Assembly (NCBI GenBank): GCA_046484865.1
Contig: JAWOID010000089.1
Span: 1 to 53,834 of the forward strand
Source of the DNA: Candidatus Krumholzibacteriia bacterium
Lineage (GTDB): Bacteria; Krumholzibacteriota; Krumholzibacteriia; LZORAL124-64-63
Reading direction: 5' to 3'
DNA length: 53,834 nt
Part shown: positions 9,771 through 18,041 of the stretch, in pieces
Layout: every line of letters starts with the position of its first letter
Position numbering within the stretch: position 1 is the first letter of the stretch
Program-made: the position numbers and the translations under genes
Notes under the pieces: generated by a model
The model's input: the letters and a program-made list of their open reading frames with translations, nothing else
The model's database searches: none
What the model was told of the DNA's origin: nothing

Positions 9771-10111
9771 CATGGCCGCATGATGGCTTGCAAGCGCGCC
9801 GCATGGCCCGCAGGCGCGACGCACGTGCCAGGGCGCGGGACTGGCACGGCTTCATGACGCCTCCGCCGTCCACCGGCCGGCGCCACCGCCAGCGAGGGCG
9901 CTCTCCCCAGGGCCCCCCCGGGGGATCCTGCCGGCGCGTGGGAGGCCTCCCGATGGCGACCGCCTCCCGCACCCGACTTTCTTGGTGATGGCCGGGCATG
10001 GCCCCGTGTCATCGCGATTGGCCAGGCGGACCAGGCGACCGCGGCCGCGGCCGCTGCCGCTGACCGCAGGCGGCGACTGGTCTGCAGGCGGAGAACGCAG
10101 GGAGGATCGAC

Positions 10112-10294
10112 ATGGGCGAGCACAGCGACAAGGCGAAGGGCAAGGCCAAGGAGAGCCTGGGCAAGGCGACGGGCGACAAGGAAATGGAGCGTGAAGGCAA
10201 GTCCGACCGCGCCGCAGGCAAGGCGAAGGAAGGCATCAACAAGGCCAACGAGAAGGCCAAGGAGACGTTCGGCCGGAAGCGCGATCACGAGTAG
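10112..10294 (+). CDS. CsbD-family general stress protein
   Basis: DKAKGKAKESLGKATGDKEMEREGKSD pattern, GGAGG RBS. Confidence 0.88.
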   Translation: MGEHSDKAKGKAKESLGKATGDKEMEREGKSDRAAGKAKEGINKANEKAKETFGRKRDHE

Positions 10295-10380
10295 CGCCGC
10301 CGTTGACCGGCGCCGGCCCCGCGCAGCGCGCGACGCCGCGATCGGTCCCGCGGCCGACGATCCCCGCGAAGGAGACGCCC

Positions 10381-11334
10381 ATGCCCGACGGCGACGCCAC
10401 CCTGTGGCCGGGTCATGACGCGACCAGTCCTCGCCGGATCCCCCGGGACGGCTGGAAGCAGATCGGCAAGCGCATCTGGAAGGAAGTGGGCGACGATCAC
10501 GTGCCGCTGCTCGCCGCGGGACTCGCATTCTACGGCCTGCTCGCCATCTTTCCCACGCTCATCGCAGCCGTCACGATCTACGGCCTGCTGGCCGATCCGG
10601 CCACCGTCCGCGAGCAGATCCAGTCGGTGTTCGGCAGCGTCTCGGGCGGAACCGCCCAGGTGGTGAACGAGCAGCTCACGTCGATCGTCACCTCATCCTC
10701 GCGGGCGCTCACCTGGGGTCTGGTGCTCTCGCTGCTGGCCGCCCTCTGGACCGCATCGACCGGGGTGCTGAACCTGATCAAGTCGATCAACATCGTGTAC
10801 GACGAGCAGGAGACGCGCAACTTCTTCAAGCAGCGCGCTCTGGCGTTCGTGTTCGCCCTGGGTGCGATCGTCTTCTTCCTGCTCGCCGTGACCCTGGTGG
10901 CCGTGCTGCCGTCGGTCATGGGCCTGGTCGGCCTCGAGGGCACCACGCGTGTGCTCATCGACATCTTGCGCTGGCCGGTGCTGGTGCTGCTGCTGATGGC
11001 GGCGCTCGGCGTGGTGTACCGGATGGGACCGGACCGCCGCAGCCCGCGAGCGAGGTGGGTGAGCTGGGGTTCGGCGGTGGCGATCGTGATCTGGCTGCTG
11101 GCGAGCTGGGGCTTCTCCTACTACGTGCAGAACTTCGGCAGCTACAACGAGACCTACGGCAGCCTGGGCGGCGTCATCATCCTGCTGATGTGGTTCTACC
11201 TGACCGGTTTCAGCATCCTGCTCGGCGCGGAGATCAACTCCGAGATCGAGTTGCAGACCGGCGTCGACAGCACCGTGGGCGAGCCGCGGCCGCGCGGCGA
11301 ACGAGGCGCCGTCAAGGCTGACGAGATCCCGTGA
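10381..11334 (+). CDS. YihY/BrkB-family membrane protein
   Basis: LAAGLAFYGLLAIFP and YNETYGSLGGVIILLMWFY motifs, about six TM segments. Confidence 0.9.
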   Translation: MPDGDATLWPGHDATSPRRIPRDGWKQIGKRIWKEVGDDHVPLLAAGLAFYGLLAIFPTLIAAVTIYGLLADPATVREQIQSVFGSVSGGTAQVVNEQLTSIVTSSSRALTWGLVLSLLAALWTASTGVLNLIKSINIVYDEQETRNFFKQRALAFVFALGAIVFFLLAVTLVAVLPSVMGLVGLEGTTRVLIDILRWPVLVLLLMAALGVVYRMGPDRRSPRARWVSWGSAVAIVIWLLASWGFSYYVQNFGSYNETYGSLGGVIILLMWFYLTGFSILLGAEINSEIELQTGVDSTVGEPRPRGERGAVKADEIP

Positions 11335-12338
11335 CCGTGCTCCTGGGCGTGGCGCTCCTGCTCGTCGTGCTCTACGACGCGCTGAAGACCACGCTGGGCA
11401 CGATGGGCGGTCCGCTGACGCGCCGCCTCGCGGGCGGACTCTGGCGTCTCGGACTCGGTCTGCACCGCCGCCGTTCCAGTCACGGCCTGCTGTCGACCAT
11501 GGGCGTGATCACCGTGCTCGCCACGATCGGGATGTGGGTGACCCTGCTGTGGACGGCCTGGTACCTGATCTTCACCGGGGGCACGAACGCCGTGGTGGCC
11601 GACCGGACCTCGCTGCCGGCGGACGTGTCGGACCGCATCTACTTCACCGGTTTCACCATCTTCACGCTCGGCGTGGGCGATTACGTGCCGGAAGGAGCGG
11701 TCTGGCAGGTGGTCACGCCGGCCGCCTCCCTCTGCGGCCTGTTCCTGGTGACGCTCGCCATCACCTACCTGACGCCGTTGATGGAAGCGGTGGCGCGCAA
11801 GCGGCGGGTGGCCGCGCACATCCACGCCCTCGGTTCCAGCCCGGCCGAGATCGTGACCGGCGCCTGGGACGGCCGGAGTTGCCGGGCGCTGACCGCACAT
11901 CTCGACATGTTGCTCCCGGACCTGGGCAAGCTCCAGCAGGACCACCTGGCATACCCCGTGCTTGGCTACTTCCATGCCGGCGACCGCCGGCAGTCGGTCG
12001 CGCTGGGTCTGGCCAGCCTGGACGAGGCCCTCAGTGTCCTGGAGTTCGGGGTGGAACCGGGCGTCTGCCTCTCGCCGCAGGACTGTCGTCCCATCCGCCG
12101 GACCATGGGCCACCTGCTGGGCACGCTGGAATCGGCGTACTTCCGGCCTGCGGAGCATCCGCCCCCGGTTCCCGACCTGGAACTGCTGCGGGAACAGGGC
12201 ATTCCGGTGGTGGCAGCGGCGAGGTTCGAGGCGCGTCTCGAGCGTATCGCCGAGCGGCGGCGCCTGCTGCGCGCCCTGGTCGAGCACGACGGCTGGGACT
12301 GGGGGACACCGGCCGAACCCCGCATCGCCGCTGAGTGA
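11331..12338 (+). CDS. Two-TM (KcsA-type) potassium channel family protein with cytoplasmic C-terminal domain
   Basis: YFTGFTIFTLGVGDYVP pore/selectivity-filter motif. The GTG start overlaps the yihY stop (GTGA). Confidence 0.8.
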   Translation: MTVLLGVALLLVVLYDALKTTLGTMGGPLTRRLAGGLWRLGLGLHRRRSSHGLLSTMGVITVLATIGMWVTLLWTAWYLIFTGGTNAVVADRTSLPADVSDRIYFTGFTIFTLGVGDYVPEGAVWQVVTPAASLCGLFLVTLAITYLTPLMEAVARKRRVAAHIHALGSSPAEIVTGAWDGRSCRALTAHLDMLLPDLGKLQQDHLAYPVLGYFHAGDRRQSVALGLASLDEALSVLEFGVEPGVCLSPQDCRPIRRTMGHLLGTLESAYFRPAEHPPPVPDLELLREQGIPVVAAARFEARLERIAERRRLLRALVEHDGWDWGTPAEPRIAAE

Positions 12339-12521
12339 TTCGCCCCGAACTCCGCGACCCGGGGCCGGGAACCCCCGCTTCGACCTTTCGTTCAACCACC
12401 GCACCTGTTATTTTGCCTCCTTTCCCGACGGTCCCGTGGCGAGGCCGGTCGGTCCGGCGGCGCCGCCGCAGCGGTCCGGCCGCGTCTTGCTTTTCCGTCT
12501 TTTCCCGGTTCTGGGGGTTCC

Positions 12522-15500
12522 ATGGCCTTGCGCGACGAGAGCTTCGATCCGGTGCCGGTGGGCGCGCTGGGTGACGACGCCCTGCGCCAGCATCTGCGCC
12601 GCCGGGGGCTCACCCTGGGACCCGACGAGGCGCGGCGGGTGGCGGAATTGCTCGGCCGCGATCCCAACCTGACCGAGATGACCCTCTTCGACACCATGTG
12701 GAGCGAGCACTGCTCGTACAAGAGCAGCCGCACCCACCTCAAGCGGCACCTCCCGGCGAACGCCTCGAACGTGGTCGTCGGACCGGTGGAGGACGCCGGC
12801 GTGGTGGACTTCGGCGAGGTGGGCGGGAGGCGTTACGGGATCGTGATCGCCCACGAGAGCCACAACCACCCCAGCCAGGTGATGCCCGTCGAGGGCGCGG
12901 CCACGGGAATCGGCGGCATCGTGCGCGACGTGTACTGCATGGGCGCCGAGGTGATCGGATGTCTCGACCCCCTGCGCTTCGGCTGGCCGCTGCCCTGCGA
13001 GGGGGAGCAGGACGGATCGCCCGCGGAGCACCGGCGCGAGATCGCCCGCGAGGTGGTGACCGGCATCTGGCAGTACGCCAACGCCATCGGCGTGCCGAAC
13101 CTGGGCGGCGACGTGGTCTTCCATCCGTCGTTCAACGAGAACTGCCTCGTGAACGTGGTCGCCCTCGGCATCGTCGAGACGGACCGGATCACCCACTCCG
13201 CGGTGCCGCCCGAGGCGGCGAGCGAACCGTACGAGCTGATCCTCGTCGGCAAGCCCACCGACTGGAGCGGTATGGGTGGAGCAGCCTTCGCCTCCGCGAC
13301 GCTGGACGCCGCCGCCGCCACCGAGAACCGTGGCAGCGTGCAGACGCCCGATCCGTTCCTGAAGCGCATCCTGACCGTGGCCAACCGGGCGGTCCTGGAT
13401 CTCGCCCGCGGCGAGGGAGCGCGGATCGGGTTCAAGGATCTGGGCGCGGGCGGCGTGTCCTGCGTGACCAGCGAGCTGTGCGACGCCGGCGGTTTCGGCT
13501 GCGACGTGGACCTGGCGCTGGTGCACGCGGCGGGCGACGACATTCCCGCCCGCGTGGTGGCCTGCAGCGAGACCCAGGAGCGTTACGGGCTGGCGGTACC
13601 GGCTCGCCTCGTGGATCGGGTGCTGCGCATCTACAACGAGGACTTCGCGCTGCCCAGCCTCTACGAGGGGGCCTGCGCGCGTCGCATCGGCCGGGTGACC
13701 ACCGACCGGCGCTACGTCTTGCGTCACGGTGAGCGCGTGCTGGCCGATGCCCCGGTGGAAACCATCACCGAGGGCATCCGGTACGAACGACCGGCCGAGG
13801 CCCCGGAGCGGACGGAGGTGCCCGCCGCCGCGCGCCTGCAGGAGGCCGCGCCGGCGGCCGTGGCCGGCGAGTGGCTGGCCCTGATGGCGCATCCGAACGT
13901 GGCCTCGCGGGAGTGGATCTACCGGCACTACGACTCGGAGGTGCAGGGCAACACCATCCTCCGCCCGGGCGAGGCGGACGCCGGGGTCCTGGCGCCGCTG
14001 CCGAACAGTCGCCGCGCGGTGGCGGTGAGCGCCGACGGAAACCCGTTGCTGGGGCTGGCCGACCCGTACGCCGCGGGGGTCATGGCCGTGGTGGAGGCGT
14101 GCCGCAACGTAGCCTGCGTGGGCGGGGAACCGGCGGCCATCACCGACTGCCTGAACTTCGGCAACCCCGAGGTGCCGCGGCAGTTCTGGCAGTTCACCGA
14201 GGCGGTGCGCGGCATCGGCGACGCCTGTCGCGGCCTGGGCCGGGTATCGGCTCCGGACGAGCCGCTGCCGGTGATCTCGGGCAACGTCTCGTTCTACAAC
14301 CAGAGCGCCAGCGGCCGCGCGGTGGCGCCGTCGCCCATCGTGGCCTGCGTGGGGGTGGTGGACGATCACGCTCGGTGTCGCAGCCAGCGCTTCAAGGCCG
14401 CCGGCGACGCCATCTACCTGGTGGGCGTACCCACGGCCGATCTGGAGGGAAGCCTCTACCGCTCGGCCGGGTTCCAGGCCGGTCGGCCGGCGGTGCCGCC
14501 GCTCGACCTGGCCGCGGCCCGGGCGGAGATCGGCGCCGTGCTCTCGCTGGTGCGCGCGGGTCTGGCGACGGCGGTGCACGACATCAGCGACGGCGGTCTG
14601 GCCATCTGCTTGACCGAGATGGCCGTGGGCCTGGAGGGACAGGCGCTACTTGGGGCGGCGGTGGAACTGCCGCGGGATCTGGCCGCGCTGAGCCTGCGCG
14701 AGGCGCTGTTCAGCGAGCGGGGTGGATTCGTGCTCACCTGCGCGCCGGAGCATCGCGACGAGGTGGAGAAGCTGCTGAGCTTTGCCGGCTGCGCCTGGTG
14801 GCCGGTGGGCGAGGTGACGGCCGAACTCCGGCTCCGGGTGAGCCATCCGGGACGGGATGACGCCGTGACCATGGCGGTGGCCGACCTGGCGCGGGCGTGG
14901 CAGGCGGGCGTGCCCCGGCTGCTCGGAGGCGAGGAGGCCGCCGGCGCGGTGGCGGCGCCGGCCGCCGGGAGCCTCGCCGGCGAAGAGCGCGCGGAGCTGC
15001 CGTCGTCCGCGGGCGCTCCGACGGTCCGCCGCGAGGCCGGACCGCGGGTGGCGGTGGTCCAGTTGCCGGGGGTGAACTGCGAGGACGAGTCGCAACGCTA
15101 TCTGGAGCGGCTGGGGGCGCGGGCGGAGATCTTCCGGTGGACGCGGCCGGCGGCCGAGCTGGCCCGCTTCGACGGCTACCTGGTGCCCGGGGGCTTCAGC
15201 TACCAGGACCGGGTCCGCGCGGGCGCGGTGGCGGCCAAGGATCCGCTGCTCGACGTGCTGCAGGAGGCCGCCTCGGCAGGCAAGCCGATCCTCGGCATCT
15301 GCAACGGATGCCAGGTGCTGGTGGAGGCGGGGCTGGTCCCCGGTCGCGAGCAGGGAGCGGTGGAGGTGGCGCTCGCGGCCAACCGGTTCCCGGGCAGGCG
15401 CGGCTATCACGCCCGCTGGGTGAACCTGGCGCCGGTACCCGGGGCCCGGACGCCGTTCCTCGAGGGCTGGGCCGGGACCGTGCCGATGCCGATGGCCCAC

Positions 15501-15830
15501 GCCGAAGGTCGCTTCACGCACGAGGACCCGGAGGTCTTCCGGCGCCTCCTCGTGGCCGGTCATGTCGCCCTGCGTTACGTGGCGATGGATGGCGGCTCCG
15601 GCGGCAATCCCAACGGCTCGCTGCTGGACTGCGCCGCCCTGGCGAGCGCCCAGGGCAACGTGCTGGCGATGATGCCCCACCCCGAGCGGGCGGCGCTGCT
15701 CAGGATGGTGCCCGAGGATCTGCCCCACCCGTGGGGTGCGTTGCGGCGGGCGGCGGTGGGCGACCGGGAGCGTCTGGAGCAGCCCGGCCCGGGAGCCTTC
15801 CTGCTGCGGCGCCTGATCGCGATGTGTTAG
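12522..15830 (+). CDS. purL: FGAM synthase: small-type PurL fused to a C-terminal PurQ glutaminase domain
   Basis: WSEHCSYK, ESHNHPS, DLGAGG, SETQER, DCLNFGNPE and HDISDGGL (PurL). After an Ala/Gly linker come PGVNC, PGGFSYQD, GICNGCQ, AHAEG and MMPHPER (PurQ, from about 15045). Confidence 0.93.
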   Translation: MALRDESFDPVPVGALGDDALRQHLRRRGLTLGPDEARRVAELLGRDPNLTEMTLFDTMWSEHCSYKSSRTHLKRHLPANASNVVVGPVEDAGVVDFGEVGGRRYGIVIAHESHNHPSQVMPVEGAATGIGGIVRDVYCMGAEVIGCLDPLRFGWPLPCEGEQDGSPAEHRREIAREVVTGIWQYANAIGVPNLGGDVVFHPSFNENCLVNVVALGIVETDRITHSAVPPEAASEPYELILVGKPTDWSGMGGAAFASATLDAAAATENRGSVQTPDPFLKRILTVANRAVLDLARGEGARIGFKDLGAGGVSCVTSELCDAGGFGCDVDLALVHAAGDDIPARVVACSETQERYGLAVPARLVDRVLRIYNEDFALPSLYEGACARRIGRVTTDRRYVLRHGERVLADAPVETITEGIRYERPAEAPERTEVPAAARLQEAAPAAVAGEWLALMAHPNVASREWIYRHYDSEVQGNTILRPGEADAGVLAPLPNSRRAVAVSADGNPLLGLADPYAAGVMAVVEACRNVACVGGEPAAITDCLNFGNPEVPRQFWQFTEAVRGIGDACRGLGRVSAPDEPLPVISGNVSFYNQSASGRAVAPSPIVACVGVVDDHARCRSQRFKAAGDAIYLVGVPTADLEGSLYRSAGFQAGRPAVPPLDLAAARAEIGAVLSLVRAGLATAVHDISDGGLAICLTEMAVGLEGQALLGAAVELPRDLAALSLREALFSERGGFVLTCAPEHRDEVEKLLSFAGCAWWPVGEVTAELRLRVSHPGRDDAVTMAVADLARAWQAGVPRLLGGEEAAGAVAAPAAGSLAGEERAELPSSAGAPTVRREAGPRVAVVQLPGVNCEDESQRYLERLGARAEIFRWTRPAAELARFDGYLVPGGFSYQDRVRAGAVAAKDPLLDVLQEAASAGKPILGICNGCQVLVEAGLVPGREQGAVEVALAANRFPGRRGYHARWVNLAPVPGARTPFLEGWAGTVPMPMAHAEGRFTHEDPEVFRRLLVAGHVALRYVAMDGGSGGNPNGSLLDCAALASAQGNVLAMMPHPERAALLRMVPEDLPHPWGALRRAAVGDRERLEQPGPGAFLLRRLIAMC

Positions 15831-15911
15831 CCGGACGCCTGATGTGCTAGCCGTGGGGCATCGAGCGACGGCGTCGCTGCGCACGCGCGCGGGCTGCGCG
15901 CTGGAGGACGG

Positions 15912-16502
15912 ATGAACGAGCAGATCACCTTGCTGACCAGCCACAAGGGCGTCGACCTGCACGCGGCCACCGCGGTGCGGGTCATGCGCGAGCGTCTGGA
16001 CGGCGGCGAAGCCCTCGTGCGTCTGTCCCGCGCCGAGTGCCACACGTTCTGGCGGTCGCCCGGCGACGGCGACAACGATGGGCCGGAGGTGGCTCGTCTG
16101 CTGGAGAGCACGCGCTACTACAATCCGAACAAGCATCACTTCGGCCACTTCGCGCTCGCGGGCGCAGCGCCCTGGACGGATGCCGACAGCCGCGGCGCGG
16201 CTCTGCCGGCGGGCTGGCCCGGCACGCCGACGGCCAGCGATCTGCCGGACCTCGGCGGCCTGTACGCGCGGCTGCTGGGCGGGGAGCCCGCGGACGGGGC
16301 GATGGCCGTGGACGTCTGCGCCTGGCATCTGGGCCGGCAGGAGCGGATGCTGTCGGGCGTGGTGTGGCGTCTGGTCCTGCGACCGGGACAGCACGACCCC
16401 GCGCAGCTGGCGGAGCGCCTGGCGGTGGCGCGCAGCCGCGAGCTGGGGCTGCTGGTGAACCCGCACATGGAAGCCTGGCGGTCGGTGGTCCGGCCGGCCT
16501 GA
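15912..16502 (+). CDS. Putative tandem (two-domain) PurS-like subunit
   Basis: Lies between purL-Q and purF. Two halves end in YYNPNKHHF and LLVNPHMEAW, resembling the PurS C-terminal LLANPVIE motif. GGAGG RBS. Confidence 0.55.
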   Translation: MNEQITLLTSHKGVDLHAATAVRVMRERLDGGEALVRLSRAECHTFWRSPGDGDNDGPEVARLLESTRYYNPNKHHFGHFALAGAAPWTDADSRGAALPAGWPGTPTASDLPDLGGLYARLLGGEPADGAMAVDVCAWHLGRQERMLSGVVWRLVLRPGQHDPAQLAERLAVARSRELGLLVNPHMEAWRSVVRPA

Positions 16503-16570
16503 TGCGGCTGCGGACGCGCGGCTGCTTACGCGCGGCAACGGACGCAAGGCAACAAATGAAGAGAGCGATC

Positions 16571-18025
16571 ATGGGACGCGAGAGACACTGGCACGAGGAG
16601 TGCGGCATCGTCGGCATCGCGGGGGTGAAGGCCGCCGCCGAGCTGGCGAGCCTCGCTCTGCATGCGCTGCAGCACCGCGGCCAGGAGAGTGCCGGCATCT
16701 CGGTGGCCGACGGACACCGGGTGGCCACCCACAAGCGCATGGGGCTGGTGGCGGACGTGTTCGACGAGGCCACCATCCGCGCCCTCGGCGGGAACTTCGC
16801 GATCGGACATGTGCGCTACTCCACGTCCGGATCCAGCAACATCCTCAACGCCCAGCCGATCCAGGTGACGTCGCACCACGGCACCATGAGTCTGGCCCAC
16901 AACGGCAACCTCGTGAACGCGCCGGAGCTGCGCCGGGAGATGGAGCAGGAGGGTTCCATCTTCTCCACCACCAGCGACACCGAGGTGATGCTCCACCTGG
17001 TGGCGCGCAGCCAGGCACCCACCGTGCGCGACGCCCTGCTGGAGATCCTGCCGCGCGTGCGCGGTGCGTACAGCCTGGTGGTGCTCACCCGCGACCAGCT
17101 GATCGCAGCCCGCGACCCCCTGGGCTTCCGTCCGCTCTGTCTCGGCCGGTACGAGGATCGTTACGTGGTGGCCTCGGAGAGCTGCGCGTTCGACATGATC
17201 GGCGCCACCTACATGCGCGACATCGAGCCGGGCGAACTGGTGGTCATCGGCGAGGGCGAGCTGGCGAGCCGCCGCACGGCGCGGGCCGGCGCGGAGAGGC
17301 GCTGCGTGTTCGAGCACGTCTACTTCTCGCGACCGGACAGCGTGGTCTTCGGCCGCTCGGTGGCGGCGGCGCGACGGCGCATGGGCGAGATCCTGGGCCG
17401 CGAGGCGCCGGCGGACGCCGACATCGTGGCTGCGGTCCCGGACAGCAGCAACACGGCGGCCCTGGGCTACGCCAACGCCACCGGCATTCCCTTCGAACTG
17501 GCGCTCATCCGCAACCACTACGTGGGTCGCACCTTCATCTCGCCCGCGCAGAAGGTGCGCGACATGTCCGTGCGCATCAAGTTCAACCCGGTGGACCGGC
17601 TGGTGCGCGACCGGCGAGTGGTGCTGGTTGACGACTCGATCGTGCGCGGCACCACGATGCGCAAGCTGGTGAAGATCCTGCGGCAGGCGGGAGCCCGCGA
17701 GGTCCACCTGCGGATCGCGTCGCCGCCGGTGACGAATCCGTGCTACTACGGGATCGACACCCCCGTTCGCAAGGAGCTGATCGCCTCGTCCCACACGGTC
17801 GACGAGATCGCCACCTACCTGCGGGTGGACTCGCTGCGCTACCTGTCCCTGGCCGGCATGCTCGAGGCCACGGGCGAGGGCGACCGCTACTGCGCCGCCT
17901 GCTTCACCGGCGACTACCCGGTGCCGTTCGGCGATCTGGAGAAGGACGTCTTCGACCGCCACGTTAACGGCGAGGAACTGCCGGTGGGCGAGCGCGCACC
18001 GGACGACTCCGACGAGCCGAGCTGA
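16571..18025 (+). CDS. purF: Amidophosphoribosyltransferase
   Basis: Short propeptide then ECGIVG, LQHRGQESAG, GHVRYST, VDDSIVRGTT PRPP loop and Fe-S cysteines (CAAC). Confidence 0.96.
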   Translation: MGRERHWHEECGIVGIAGVKAAAELASLALHALQHRGQESAGISVADGHRVATHKRMGLVADVFDEATIRALGGNFAIGHVRYSTSGSSNILNAQPIQVTSHHGTMSLAHNGNLVNAPELRREMEQEGSIFSTTSDTEVMLHLVARSQAPTVRDALLEILPRVRGAYSLVVLTRDQLIAARDPLGFRPLCLGRYEDRYVVASESCAFDMIGATYMRDIEPGELVVIGEGELASRRTARAGAERRCVFEHVYFSRPDSVVFGRSVAAARRRMGEILGREAPADADIVAAVPDSSNTAALGYANATGIPFELALIRNHYVGRTFISPAQKVRDMSVRIKFNPVDRLVRDRRVVLVDDSIVRGTTMRKLVKILRQAGAREVHLRIASPPVTNPCYYGIDTPVRKELIASSHTVDEIATYLRVDSLRYLSLAGMLEATGEGDRYCAACFTGDYPVPFGDLEKDVFDRHVNGEELPVGERAPDDSDEPS

Positions 18026-18041
18026 GGGGCGGCGCCACGAC

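Noticed and set aside
9814..9856. TGGCAC hexamers suggesting sigma54 promoters
   Set aside because: The plus-strand copy lacks the -12 GC and the minus-strand copy points antisense into the VIT1 gene. They are better explained as a small inverted repeat.
12400..12521. purL leader with a GC hairpin followed by pyrimidine runs, a possible purine/ZTP/PRPP riboswitch or attenuator
   Set aside because: I recognised no conserved aptamer nucleotides, and the stem is irregular and explainable by GC content.
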